Part shown: piece by piece, positions 28,257-38,797 of the stretch
Position numbering within the stretch: the stretch's first letter is position 1
Layout of the letters: every line of letters begins with the position of its first letter
NCBI GenBank assembly: GCA_951406725.2
Contig: OX597819.1
Coordinates: 117,862,001-117,926,000, forward strand
Reading direction: 5' to 3'
Source of the DNA: Octopus vulgaris
Lineage: Eukaryota
DNA: 64,000 bases
The notes under the pieces: model-generated
Seen by the model: only the letters and a program-made list of their open reading frames with translations
The model's database searches: none
Told to the model about the DNA's origin: nothing
Translations under genes and position numbers: made by a program

Positions 28257-28755
28257 GCATACACACACACAAATATAGTTCATGATACTATCCCCGAACA
28301 TATATGTGAATATAACGTTATAGAGGCTATCCAAAATTAGTGATATTCAAACTGAAATGTGACCAATTTCTAATCGCTAACGAAAAGAACGCCTAAATCA
28401 AAGACATTCGTCCATGTACCTACTTCTGGTGTCATTGAATAACAGAATGTTTTATGAAAATACGATTAAAAATTAAGCCTACTTAAGACAATTCATTTTT
28501 GTGCTCAACTGCTGGTGACGATAGTGGGTGATGGAATAGAAAACTAACATAAGGATTCTGCATTATAATAATAAAAAATCTGCTTGAAATATAACCTAAT
28601 AGTGGCTATTTTGTATACAACTATTGGTAACGTTATTGGATAAATAAAGAATAAATAAATAGTAAAATATAAAAATCTACATTAAGATTAATCTACATTA
28701 AGATTAATAGAAACAGAGAGACATTACGTCGCAACAATTATTTATCTATTTACTC

Positions 28756-28788
<33 letters not shown>

Positions 28789-28790
<2 letters not shown>

Positions 28791-29165
28791 ATATGATATG
28801 TGACAATTATTCGGCAGCTATGATAAAGCTCTGAGTTTCGGATGTCGAGGCGGAAACCCACGTTTGCATCTCGTCAGTTATCGGGCCATCGAAAAAAATG
28901 TTATGAAAATGACCGTTAGAACAAAGGGAAATTACAGTGTTATTGACTATTAATCACACAGTCATTTTTATAACGGTCATTTCTTAGCATTTTGTTCGAT
29001 AACCCGATAACTGAACAGTTGCCGGCGTGGGTCGCAGACATCCGAAACTCGGAGTTTTATCCTGTCTACCGAATAATTGTCACATATCATATTTACAGAT
29101 AAATTCCTCTATTTTCATAATATCGTGGTCTCTTTCATTTTTTGTTGGCTTGCCATTTCTATCAA
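28789..29165. mobile_element. Inverted (head-to-head) pair of PLE 3' ends, each with a hammerhead motif
   Basis: aaatatgatatgtgacaattattcgg... / ...ccgaataattgtcacatatcatattt. Minus 28822-28882: gataa-CTGACGA...GAAA-ctcagag. Plus 29006-29061: GAAA-ctcggag-TT-ttatc. Flanked by (TA)n. Confidence 0.75.
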
Positions 29166-29529
29166 TATATATATATATATATTATTCAAAGAAATTCCAA
29201 CGGTGTCTGTTTTTTATGTTCTATTTATATTCTTTATAATATTAATGTAGAATATAGAATATATAGCATAAATAATATATATATATAGTAAAATGAAATG
29301 AAGTATTAATTGTCTTATTGATTATATGAAATGTTGAATATAAAATATTAGGGGACTAGTATACTTTCACGCGTTATAGCAGTCTTCAAGGTCCCAGGTT
29401 GTGACAGGAGTGTTGCATATATAAAACTATGTTTTTTCACATGAAATGTCGTATTTGAAAGGTAACATTAGAATGTTTCGCAAGTGATGGAGAACTTGTT
29501 TATTTAATCAAAGTATGATCCGTGTACAT

Positions 29530-30290
29530 TTATGACGTTTACCCATCGTTTCTCTTGTCATATACTCCATCAATATCCTGGCAATACGATGTTGCTTTTA
29601 CAGAATTTTTTGTTGCAAAATGAATAATGAATAACTGCCTTTGCAGACCAAGAGAGTGACCTCTACGTTTTTAGGGTGCAATGGTAGTTTTGGTGACTCA
29701 CCTGCATCTAATCACGGTTTGTTCGCCGCCTGTTTTTAACCACTATCCATTTCTCATCAGAAGTAACGATTTGAAGCGAAAGTGATTCTTTTCCAGTCGA
29801 GAGAACACGAAATAGCATACTTCGAGGCGTCTGCTTCTTTGAATCTCGTTCAGTTGATGTGGAACAAATCTATCCGTTTTCTTGATTCTTTAAATTTTTT
29901 ACAGGTAGCCAAAAACAAGTTGTGCAATATGTTTGCAGTTGTGATGAAAGTTGTCGAATCTTTGTACTCGGATTTTGTTAAACCAAGGCATTTAATCCAT
30001 CTTGCCAATTAACTGAATTTGGCCTAACCCTCGGTTTGTTTTCAAGGCTATCATGTATTGAACGAGAGCTTTGGAACTATCACTGATCAGTGCTGATGAC
30101 TACAAAACCATTACCTACGGCTCAATTGACATTCCGTAGAGCTTCTGCTACAGAGTGACCCAGTTTGTACTCATACGAGAAAATCACTCAACATAGATTG
30201 GTTGTTATCATTTTCATAATAATATTGTTGCGAAGGAAAAAAAGTCAAGTTTAAATGCAAAGTATCCAGAATTGAGTCTTCCAATGTCTG
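29530..30290 (-). pseudogene. mariner transposase remnant
   Basis: Minus strand LQIVTSDEKWI (TGDEKW motif) and downstream AVIHYSF; highly decayed. Confidence 0.7.
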
Positions 30291-30353
30291 AAATAACAAA
30301 TAATTAAAGATGTGGCATTTCATGTGAAACAACGAAATACATATGTATATGTA

Positions 30354-30433
<80 letters not shown>

Positions 30434-30628
30434 GAGTGACAGTGTGAGGGAGAGAGATACAGATATATATATATATATACATATATATAGTTCAATAAAT
30501 GGTGGGGTTGTGTTGACCGCACGTGGAGCAATGATAAGTAAGGAAAATTTTTTTTAAAAATGCAGAATGCTCAAATGAAAGAAAATTTTAATAAAATGAG
30601 AAATTGATAAAATATATAAATATATATT

Positions 30629-30669
30629 TATTCAACCGGTTTTCGTCATTGTATGACTTGTCAAGAATA
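30629..30669 (-). ncRNA. Minimal type I hammerhead ribozyme motif (U3:A8 variant), left arm
   Basis: Reverse complement of 34764-34804. Confidence 0.65.
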
Positions 30670-31297
30670 TTTATGTTTTAAAAAGTTTTTTCAAAAATTA
30701 GAAAGGGGAAAAAAAGAAAATTGCATTGTTTTTTGTAAAAGAATAATGATAAAAATGTACAAAAATTAAAAAATAAGTTCTCCGATACATTGTGAGTTCG
30801 TTGTGTATCTTGAGTTTTATGGTTGTTTACGAAAAAATTACCTTGAGGTGTTAAGATCCAAAGGGATTAAGAGCATGTGTTGTGTTGTTAAATTCAGCAT
30901 GTTTGCAGGACAGGAAGTAGTAGTAATTGTGGTCCTGGTTCTTCAGTTCCTGTGTTGTGAGTAAGGGGAGACAACTCTTTTGAGTTCTTCAATAAAACCC
31001 AAATTATAAAATTATCATTTTAGCTTCATTTGCGTTATCTTTTTTATATAATTGCTTGTTAACTTAACTTTCAGATTTTAACACTTTATTTATATTATTT
31101 TCTAATTATATAAATCTGCATAGACAATTGCATTTCAAATTGTCATATCATTTATAATAAAAATGATAGTAATAACAACAATAGTAAAAATGATATTTAA
31201 AGAATATAAGTTTTAGCTTGAAGTGATGAATGCATGGTATCTTTATATATTTGTGTTAGTCCATCCATGAAGAGTGAGGTAGAGAAAGGAAGTTTGA

Positions 31298-31822
31298 TCA
31301 ACGAGGAGTTTGCATATTAAGTTGTGTTTGGAATTTTTCAATAAAGAGATTCTCTTTGTTAATTCTCTCCTGTGTGGTGATCCCGTCTTTACATTGGTAG
31401 AAGGGGAATATATAGAATTTGGGGTTTAAGTCTTTAGCACATGAGTCTAAGTGGTCACTCAGTGGAATTTGTCGGTATTCCGGGAGATTTATTTGTTCTT
31501 TATGCACCGTTACTCGTTTACGTAACGGGAGACTCGTTTGTCCAACATAATTATGTTGGCAACCAGCGCATGTGAGAACGTAGATAAGGTTCTCGGAGGA
31601 ACAGGAGAAGTTAGTCTTGATTTTAAACTTCGTACCTTGTTTGAAGGTAAATTCAGAGCCTTCAAGTAGAAAGGGGCAGGTACCACAGTTTGAGCGTGCA
31701 CATTCTTTTACTGTTGGGGGTGGATGTGGTGTGTGAAGTTTGGCATTTGTCAAGAGTTTTTTTAAAGATTTGTGTTGCCTTTTGCATTTGAGGATTTTGT
31801 GTGTATTTATAATGTTTTTCAT
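31298..31822 (-). CDS. PLE GIY-YIG endonuclease domain, uninterrupted in the left arm
   Basis: CARSNCGTC cysteine cluster, NLIYVLTC...NYVGQT...LRKRVTVH, conserved H, C-terminal E (RINKENLFI) and LN. Confidence 0.9.
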   Translation of the reverse strand: MKNIINTHKILKCKRQHKSLKKLLTNAKLHTPHPPPTVKECARSNCGTCPFLLEGSEFTFKQGTKFKIKTNFSCSSENLIYVLTCAGCQHNYVGQTSLPLRKRVTVHKEQINLPEYRQIPLSDHLDSCAKDLNPKFYIFPFYQCKDGITTQERINKENLFIEKFQTQLNMQTPR

Positions 31823-32546
31823 TTTTGGGTCTGTTGACAGTAGACTGAGGTTTTGTATGATTGTGGTGTATGCTTCGATATTTTGGGGTTGTGGGTGGAA
31901 ATGTATGGAAGTATTTTGAGGTTGTGTGTGGTGTTAGGTTGGGTGGTTTTCAGTGTAGTGTTGTCTAGTTCTTTGGCGCGTTTTATTCCATACTCTATAA
32001 GGGTGGAGGGATATTGACGTTGTAATAGTGTTTTTTTGAGGTCTTGAAGGCGTATTTCTCGTGTTTTTGGATCCGAGACAATGGTGCATACCCTTTTAGC
32101 TAAATTGAAAGGGATATTTGTCTTGGTGTGTTTTGGGTGGCATGAATAAAGAGGAGGTATTGTTGTGAGTCTGTAGGTATGTGGTAGATGTCTGTTATGA
32201 TTTCGTTCTTAGGTGTTTTTATAATTAGGGGATCAAGTAATGGGAGATGATGTTTGCTTAATTCCATAGTGAATTGGATGTTGGGATGTATGTTGTTTAG
32301 TATGGTTTTGAATTCCAGGAGTTTTTCATAAGGTTCTTTCCATATGATGAAACAATCATCTAAATACCTTTTCCAGTTTTCCATTAGGTAGGTGTGGAAA
32401 ACATGTCCAAATTTCTGGCTTGATATTTCATAGAGTGACAGTTCGAAGTAACCCATTATGAGGTTCGCAAGGACTGGTGCAGCCTTGGTACCCATCGCAA
32501 TGCCACATTTTTGACGGTAGTGTGTGTCGTCGAAGAGACAAAAATT
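31823..32546 (-). pseudogene. PLE RT C-terminal half/thumb, left arm (frameshifted)
   Basis: GIAMGTKAAP and RYLDDCF present; 1-nt deletion near 32147 relative to the right arm. Confidence 0.9.
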
Positions 32547-33615
32547 CATCAAAGCACCGGAGGACCTAAAACTAAGGCCCATCGTGGCTGGTACCTCCTG
32601 TGAAACACACCGCCTGAGTAACTTCCTAGACATCCTTTTGAAACCTTTCCTTACCCACATCAAAAGATTCATTAGGGATGATCTGGACATGCTCAAACAC
32701 CTCCCGAAAACAGTTAACGAGGAGGCACTCCTGGTATCATTTGATGTCATCAACCTCTACACCAACATTCCACATGAGTATGGTATAGAGGCAATTGACT
32801 TCTGGCTAGAAAAACACCCAGAGACATTCCCTGACCGCATTAACAAGTCTTTTATTACAGAATCTCTCAAGTTCATTCTGACAAACAATTTTTTTCTCTT
32901 CGACGACACACACTACCGTCAAAAATGTGGCATTGCGATGGGTACCAAGGCTGCACCAGTCCTTGCGAACCTCATAATGGGTTACTTCGAACTGTCACTC
33001 TATGAAATATCAAGCCAGAAATTTGGACATGTTTTCCACACCTACCTAATGGAAAACTGGAAAAGGTATTTAGATGATTGTTTCATCATATGGAAAGAAC
33101 CTTATGAAAAACTCCTGGAATTCAAAACCATACTAAACAACATACATCCCAACATCCAATTCACTATGGAATTAAGCAAACATCATCTCCCATTCCTTGA
33201 TCTCCTAATTATAAAAACACCTAAGAACGAAATCATAACAGACATCTACCACAAACCTACAGACTCACAACAATACCTCCTCTTTAGTTCATGCCACCCA
33301 AAACACACCAAGACAAATATCCCTTTCAATTTAGCTAAAAGGGTATGCACCATTGTCTCGGATCCAAAAACACGAGAAATACGCCTTCAAGACCTCAAAA
33401 AAACACTATTACAACGTCAATATCCCTCCACCCTTATAGAGTATGGAATAAAACGCGCCAAAGAACTAGACAACACTACACTGAAAACCACCCAACCTAA
33501 CACCACACACAACCTCAAAATACTTCCATACATTTCCACCCACAACCCCAAAATATCGAAGCATACACCACAATCATACAAAACCTCAGTCTACTGTCAA
33601 CAGACCCAAAAATGA
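32524..33615 (+). CDS. PLE reverse transcriptase, N-terminally truncated
   Basis: LRPIVAG, VSFDVINLYTNIP, YRQKCGIAMGTKAAP, RYLDDCF, LPFLD, IYHKPTDSQQYLLFSSCHPKH. The last ~20 aa are out of frame after a 1-nt loss near 33550. Confidence 0.95.
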   Translation: MSSKRQKFIKAPEDLKLRPIVAGTSCETHRLSNFLDILLKPFLTHIKRFIRDDLDMLKHLPKTVNEEALLVSFDVINLYTNIPHEYGIEAIDFWLEKHPETFPDRINKSFITESLKFILTNNFFLFDDTHYRQKCGIAMGTKAAPVLANLIMGYFELSLYEISSQKFGHVFHTYLMENWKRYLDDCFIIWKEPYEKLLEFKTILNNIHPNIQFTMELSKHHLPFLDLLIIKTPKNEIITDIYHKPTDSQQYLLFSSCHPKHTKTNIPFNLAKRVCTIVSDPKTREIRLQDLKKTLLQRQYPSTLIEYGIKRAKELDNTTLKTTQPNTTHNLKILPYISTHNPKISKHTPQSYKTSVYCQQTQK

Positions 33616-34136
33616 AAAACATTATAAATACACACAAAATCCTCAAATGCAAAAGGCAACACAAATCTTTAAAAAAACTCTTGACAAATGCCAAACTTCA
33701 CACACCACATCCACCCCCAACAGTAAAAAAATGTGCACGCTCAAACTGTGGTACCTGCCCCTTTCTACTTGAAGGCTCTGAATTTACCTTCAAACAAGGT
33801 ACGAAGTTTAAAATCAAGACTAACTTCTCCTGTTCCTCCGAGAACCTTATCTACGTTCTCACATGCGCTGGTTGCCAACATAATTATGTTGGACAAACGA
33901 GTCTCCCGTTACGTAAATGAGTAACTGTGCATAAAGAACAAATAAATCTCCCGGAATACCGACAAATTCCACTGAGTGACCACTTAGACTCATGTGCTAA
34001 AGACTTAAACCCCAAATTCTATATATTCCCCTTCTACCAATGTAAAGACGGGATCACCACACAGGAGAGAATTAACAAGGAGAATCTCTTTATTGAAAAA
34101 TTCCAAACACAACTTAATATGCAAACTCCTCGTTGA
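33612..34136 (+). pseudogene. PLE GIY-YIG endonuclease, right arm, with nonsense codon
   Basis: Same as 31298-31822 but CGA>TGA at 33918-33920 in the LRKRV motif. Confidence 0.92.
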
Positions 34137-34763
34137 TCAAACTTCCTTTCTCTACCTCACTCTTCATGGATGGACTAACACAAATATATAAAGATACCAT
34201 GCATTCATCACTTCAAGCTAAAACTTATATTCTTTAAATATCATTTTTACTATTGTTGTTATTACTATCATTTTTATTATAAATGATATGACAATTTGAA
34301 ATGCAATTGTCTATGCAGATTTATATAATTAGAAAATAATATAAATAAAGTGTTAAAATCTGAAAGTTAAGTTAACAAGCAATTATATAAAAAAGATAAC
34401 GCAAATGAAGCTAAAATGATAATTTTATAATTTGGGTTTTATTGAAGAACTCAAAAGAGTTGTCTCCCCTTACTCACAACACAGGAACTGAAGAACCAGG
34501 ACCACAATTACTACTACTTCCTGTCCTGCAAACATGCTGAATTTAACAACACAACACATGCTCTTAATCCCTTTGGATCTTAACACCTCAAGGTAATTTT
34601 TTCGTAAACAACCATAAAACTCAAGATACACAACGAACTCACAATGTATCGGAGAACTTATTTTTTAATTTTTGTACATTTTTATCATTATTCTTTTACA
34701 AAAAACAATGCAATTTTCTTTTTTCCCCTTTCTAATTTTTAAAAAAACTTTTTAAAACATAAA

Positions 34764-34804
34764 TATTCTTGACAAGTCATACAATGACGAAAACCGGTTG
34801 AATA
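34764..34804 (+). ncRNA. Minimal type I hammerhead ribozyme motif (U3:A8 variant), right arm
   Basis: tattc-TTGACAA-gtcat(aca)atgac-GAAA-accggt-t-gaata; palindromic stem III region as described for PLE hammerheads; one extra A versus the usual GAAACCGGUH. Confidence 0.65.
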
Positions 34805-34895
34805 GATATATATTTATATATTTTATCAATTTCTCATTTTATTAAATTTTTCTTTCATTTGAGCATTCTGCATTGAAAAAAAAATTTTTTCCTTA

Positions 34896-34954
<59 letters not shown>

Positions 34955-34958
<4 letters not shown>

Positions 34959-35092
34959 AAGTGGAGTTGTAAGGTACCGTACGTGTGGAATTATATATGA
35001 AAGAAGGTTTGAAAATGCAAATTTAAAAGATGTTTATTCACAAGTAAATAAACATCTTTTAAAATTGCATTTTCAAACCTTCTTTCATATAT
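34955..35092. repeat. ~100 bp hairpin made of two head-to-head PLE tails
   Basis: atatatgaaagaaggtttgaaaatgcaaatttaaaagatgtttatt / aataaacatcttttaaaattgcattttcaaaccttctttcatatat; same family as 17150-17200. Confidence 0.85.
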
Positions 35093-35660
35093 TTATATAT
35101 ATATACACATATGATAAGCAAAACAGAACGAAACGTTCGTTGAAAATATCACTACACGTGCTTCAGAAGCATGATTTATTTCCCCCACCAAAATAAGTCA
35201 AGTCCGTTATGTAACTTATTCAACAATACCATTGAAACTCATATCGTAACATAAAATCCTTTCACATCTCGTGGTGTTTCGTCAATTATGTGTGGTGTGA
35301 TAATATATATAATAGTTCCGTACAGCATGGATGTTGGGAAGTGTTGATTGTTCTGCTTACCGGAATATCGATAATGTGCACTATCGTTCGCTAACAACAC
35401 AAGCTCAATTAACGCCAGTTGTGTCACCACTATCCAACCTAAACTCATCGATAAGATTAATATTAATTATAATGTTACCAGCCTCTTTGGTAGTAATCAT
35501 TATCGCAATGAAGAGGTTACACAGGTGATTAAGAGTAGTATTACAAACAAATCAATTTACATTAGTAGTTATAGCAATAACCGTGATAATTATACTAGTT
35601 ATGTACATCCACGAAATATACTGACACTAAGAAAATGTGGAATCCCTAAAGCCAGTAGTA

Positions 35661-35960
35661 TCTTCTATTTCTTACTTGTTTCAATCATTAGACTGCGGTT
35701 ATGCAGGGGTACCGCCTTGAACAATTTGTCAAATTAATCGATCCCGGTATTTATATATGTAAGCATGGATTCTACCGGATTCTTCTGCCGAAACGCTTTT
35801 CCACCGGGCCGTAAACATACCCGCAATGGTTTGTTAAGCGATAAAGGAGGACGGACAGAAGTACGCTCATGCACGAGACGCTCGCGCGTAGGACACACAC
35901 ATACACACACACTCACACACATATATGGAGGGATTCTCTCTGTTTCCGCGAATTGAATCT
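35661..35960 (-). mobile_element. SINE family A, diverged partial
   Basis: ttacttgtttcaatcattagactgcgg...tctgccgaaacgct. Confidence 0.7.
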
Positions 35961-36001
35961 ACTTACACCTATTTATATATATATATATATATATATACAC
36001 G

Positions 36002-36064
<63 letters not shown>

Positions 36065-36145
36065 TGTATATATGTGTATGTATGGGTGTGTGTGTATGTC
36101 TGTACACATATGTTTATATATATATATATATACGTCTATATATTT

Positions 36146-37135
36146 GTCTTGCAAGATTCTGTGACCAAACAGTGGTCCTTTGCTTTCTTCTTTCTTATTT
36201 GTGTCTCTTTCTTTACTAACGATTAGCCATTTTGCATTCCTATTGTATGTGTCTTAATTTCCGCATGCGTATACCCCTATGTGTGTCTATGTCTAGTAAG
36301 TGTGTGAGGGGGGTGCCTGTATTATCTCTATTCCTTGTTTATACACGTTCGTGTAATTTGTCTTTTTTTATTTTCTTAATGTGTTTATACCTACTTCTTA
36401 TTTTTCTATTCTTTTTTTGTACTTAATTTAATTATTTTAAAAAATTTAAATGTTGTTAATGTATATTATTATTTAATTCCATTTGTTCATCTGTGTAATG
36501 TATTATGTTTTGTTTGTATTGTTATCAGTTTATGGGAATCCTATTCTCTCATATATTGTAGTGTGTTGGGGAGGGGTGCTAGCGTTTCATTACAGTTTCC
36601 TATTCAGACTAGTTTTATCTTCTATTATGTGTGTAGCTTCTGTAATTTGCCTAAGCGTTGAATCTTCGATGTGTGGTCAAGATTTTATATTCTACGTTGT
36701 TGAATGAACCCCTGTGTTCCTGCTCGGCGTGTTGGTACAGAACCGATGAGCTCTTCTCTTCCTTAAGTTCCTTCCAATGTACATTTACCCGCTCTCCTAT
36801 GCTCTGTGCCGTTTCCCCAACGTAAGTCGTAGTATTGTTACTGCATCATCCCTCTGTACATCTTATAATTGAGATTACATTTCTGGCTTTACAGTTTGTT
36901 TGTGGGCTAAATCTACACATGGTACAGTTCCTATCAGTACGGGGGTTTCTACTAAAAGGGTAAGTTCTACCCTGTAAAGACAGGGGATACAGATAATAGA
37001 GGCACGTCCCCCCACACACGCACGCACTTACTATACATAGTCACACATAGGGGTAGACACAGATAAGAAAGAGGAAAGCAAAGAGCCACTGATGAAGTCA
37101 CAGAAGTGTGACGAAAGAACTCTGGTCGAAATACG
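36146..37135. mobile_element. Second PLE family: minus-strand GIY-YIG remnant plus an inverted copy of its 3' end
   Basis: Minus strand NCTMC...NCKARNVISIIRC...TYVGETAQSIGERVNVH...LYQHAEQEH (~36610-36960); 36991-37135 (+) mirrors 36160-36328. Confidence 0.85.
37086..37125 (+). ncRNA. Type I hammerhead ribozyme motif
   Basis: cca-CTGATGA-a-gtcac(agaagt)gtgac-GAAA-gaac-TC-tgg. Confidence 0.75.
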
Positions 37136-37278
37136 ATTTATGTAAAAAATAAAATAAAGTTCAAGCAAAATAACACCAAATATATAGTGCGTGTCTTTTT
37201 ATTGGTTAAACTGGCAACATGAACATCCCTAAATACAACAATATATATGTATGTATGTATGTATATATATACATACAT

Positions 37279-37352
<74 letters not shown>

Positions 37353-37427
37353 ATAAAAACGTTAAGTTAAATATCGATCTTATCAAGTTGCCAGCTTGGG
37401 AATAAAAACCTTCAAAGGTAATAATCA

Positions 37428-37627
37428 TTATTAAAATTATATTTCAGAGTATGTAAGAGATACCATCACGCTATAAATAGTGGCCAAACATGACTCTAAA
37501 ACAACATTAAATTTTCATACACCACCTGGTTCTGTATGAACATTTAATGTAAATTTAGATTCATGAGTTGGCTGCTATTTCCAGCGTGGTGGTATCTCCT
37601 AGATACCCTAAATTATAATTATAATAA
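37428..37627. mobile_element. Hairpin MITE-like element
   Basis: gagataccatcacgctataaatagtggccaa...acattaaattttcatac versus gtatgaacatttaatgt...ttggctgctatttccagcgtggtggtatctc. Confidence 0.75.
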
Positions 37628-38101
37628 AGAGAGAGAAGAGAGCATGGATTTAACCACATTATTTAACATCGCACTGCAGTCGTCTTCCCACATTGTTATA
37701 TTTTTACATTTGTAATTCTTTGGTGCGATGCTGTAATTATCATATTGAGTAATCATTACCTTCGATCCAGGATATAATATACCTTCCTTCAGGTGATAAT
37801 TTTCAATAAATGTTTTGATAGATCATTGTTTTCTTTCGATTAGTACAAGAATGAATACCCAAACCAGTGTGATATTTCCAGGAATTTGCCAAAAGAAAAA
37901 AAAAATCAGAGAACATTCAGAGGCAAAATACAAGTAGAAGCAAAAAAAACAAAATAGAGAAATAAATAAATAAACAAACTTTAAGTCACATATATTTGTT
38001 ATGATCTTCATTTAAACATTTAAACATTTGATTGTTTAAACGATTTTTTCTCGAATTCTACAGACACACAGACACAGTTACAAAAACACAGATGTTTGTA
38101 C

Positions 38102-38192
<91 letters not shown>

Positions 38193-38714
38193 TGTTGCAT
38201 TGTGTTAAACTGTCGTATCTCTAGCTGCCTCAGATGGCAAGGTATAAAAAAATCACAACAGTTTTGCTATGGAGTGGTGCAACTGTTATTTTTGAAAGGA
38301 TAATTTTGCATAATAGTAACAATATATATATATATATGTATGCAACAGAAGGAAAATGCATACAGTATATATAGGGTTGAATGTCTTTTTCATATATTTT
38401 ATAAATGAAAGTGTTTTGTGCTTGTCAATTGAATGCAAACGAAGTAAATTATCAATTCCAAAATCGTGCATTTATATTAAATATGATTTATTACAAATGT
38501 TATATATATATATATAAGTAGTTGAATGAATTATCCTAGTATGGATAATTCGGTTAACCGATACCCGTGTAGCAAATTCACGTCAGACAAAACACGGTTG
38601 AAGCTACATGTCAAGGGCAGAGATCACGTGCTTTCGTGTGGAAACTTGTGTGTTTTTTTTTAATACAAATAAATGATGAATGGAGTTGAACGACGATTTA
38701 ACAAAATTCCTTTA

Positions 38715-38797
38715 TTCTCGACATATGTTTCGGAGACTGCATATTTCTAATTTCGAAGGAATAAGGGGTGCATTATGCCGCCTTCTCATCAGGAAAG
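38715..38797 (-). ncRNA. Type I hammerhead ribozyme motif with long stem II
   Basis: tttc-CTGATGA-gaaggcggcata...tatgcagtctcc-GAAA-catatg-TC-gaga; canonical core and palindromic stem III. Confidence 0.8.

Larger units (their letters stand above)
30490..34900. mobile_element. Penelope-like retroelement, 5'-truncated, head-to-head inverted structure
   Basis: Arms 30534-32546 (-) and 32887-34900 (+) are near-identical reverse complements; the spacer 32547-32886 is additional + strand RT sequence; both outer ends run into (TA)n. Confidence 0.97.

Noticed and set aside
32100-32753. 217-aa minus-strand ORF as a separate gene
   Set aside because: Chimera of antisense spacer and left-arm RT created by the inversion junction.
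30534-34900. A/G differences between arms as fossil A-to-I editing
   Set aside because: Only about 4 of 9 substitutions seen, in both directions; compatible with ordinary transitions.
30534-34900. Palindrome as a DNA transposon with giant TIRs or an obvious assembly fold-back
   Set aside because: Arms encode RT and GIY-YIG, end at different tail positions, carry distinct substitutions and have non-palindromic flanks; read-level confirmation is still advisable.
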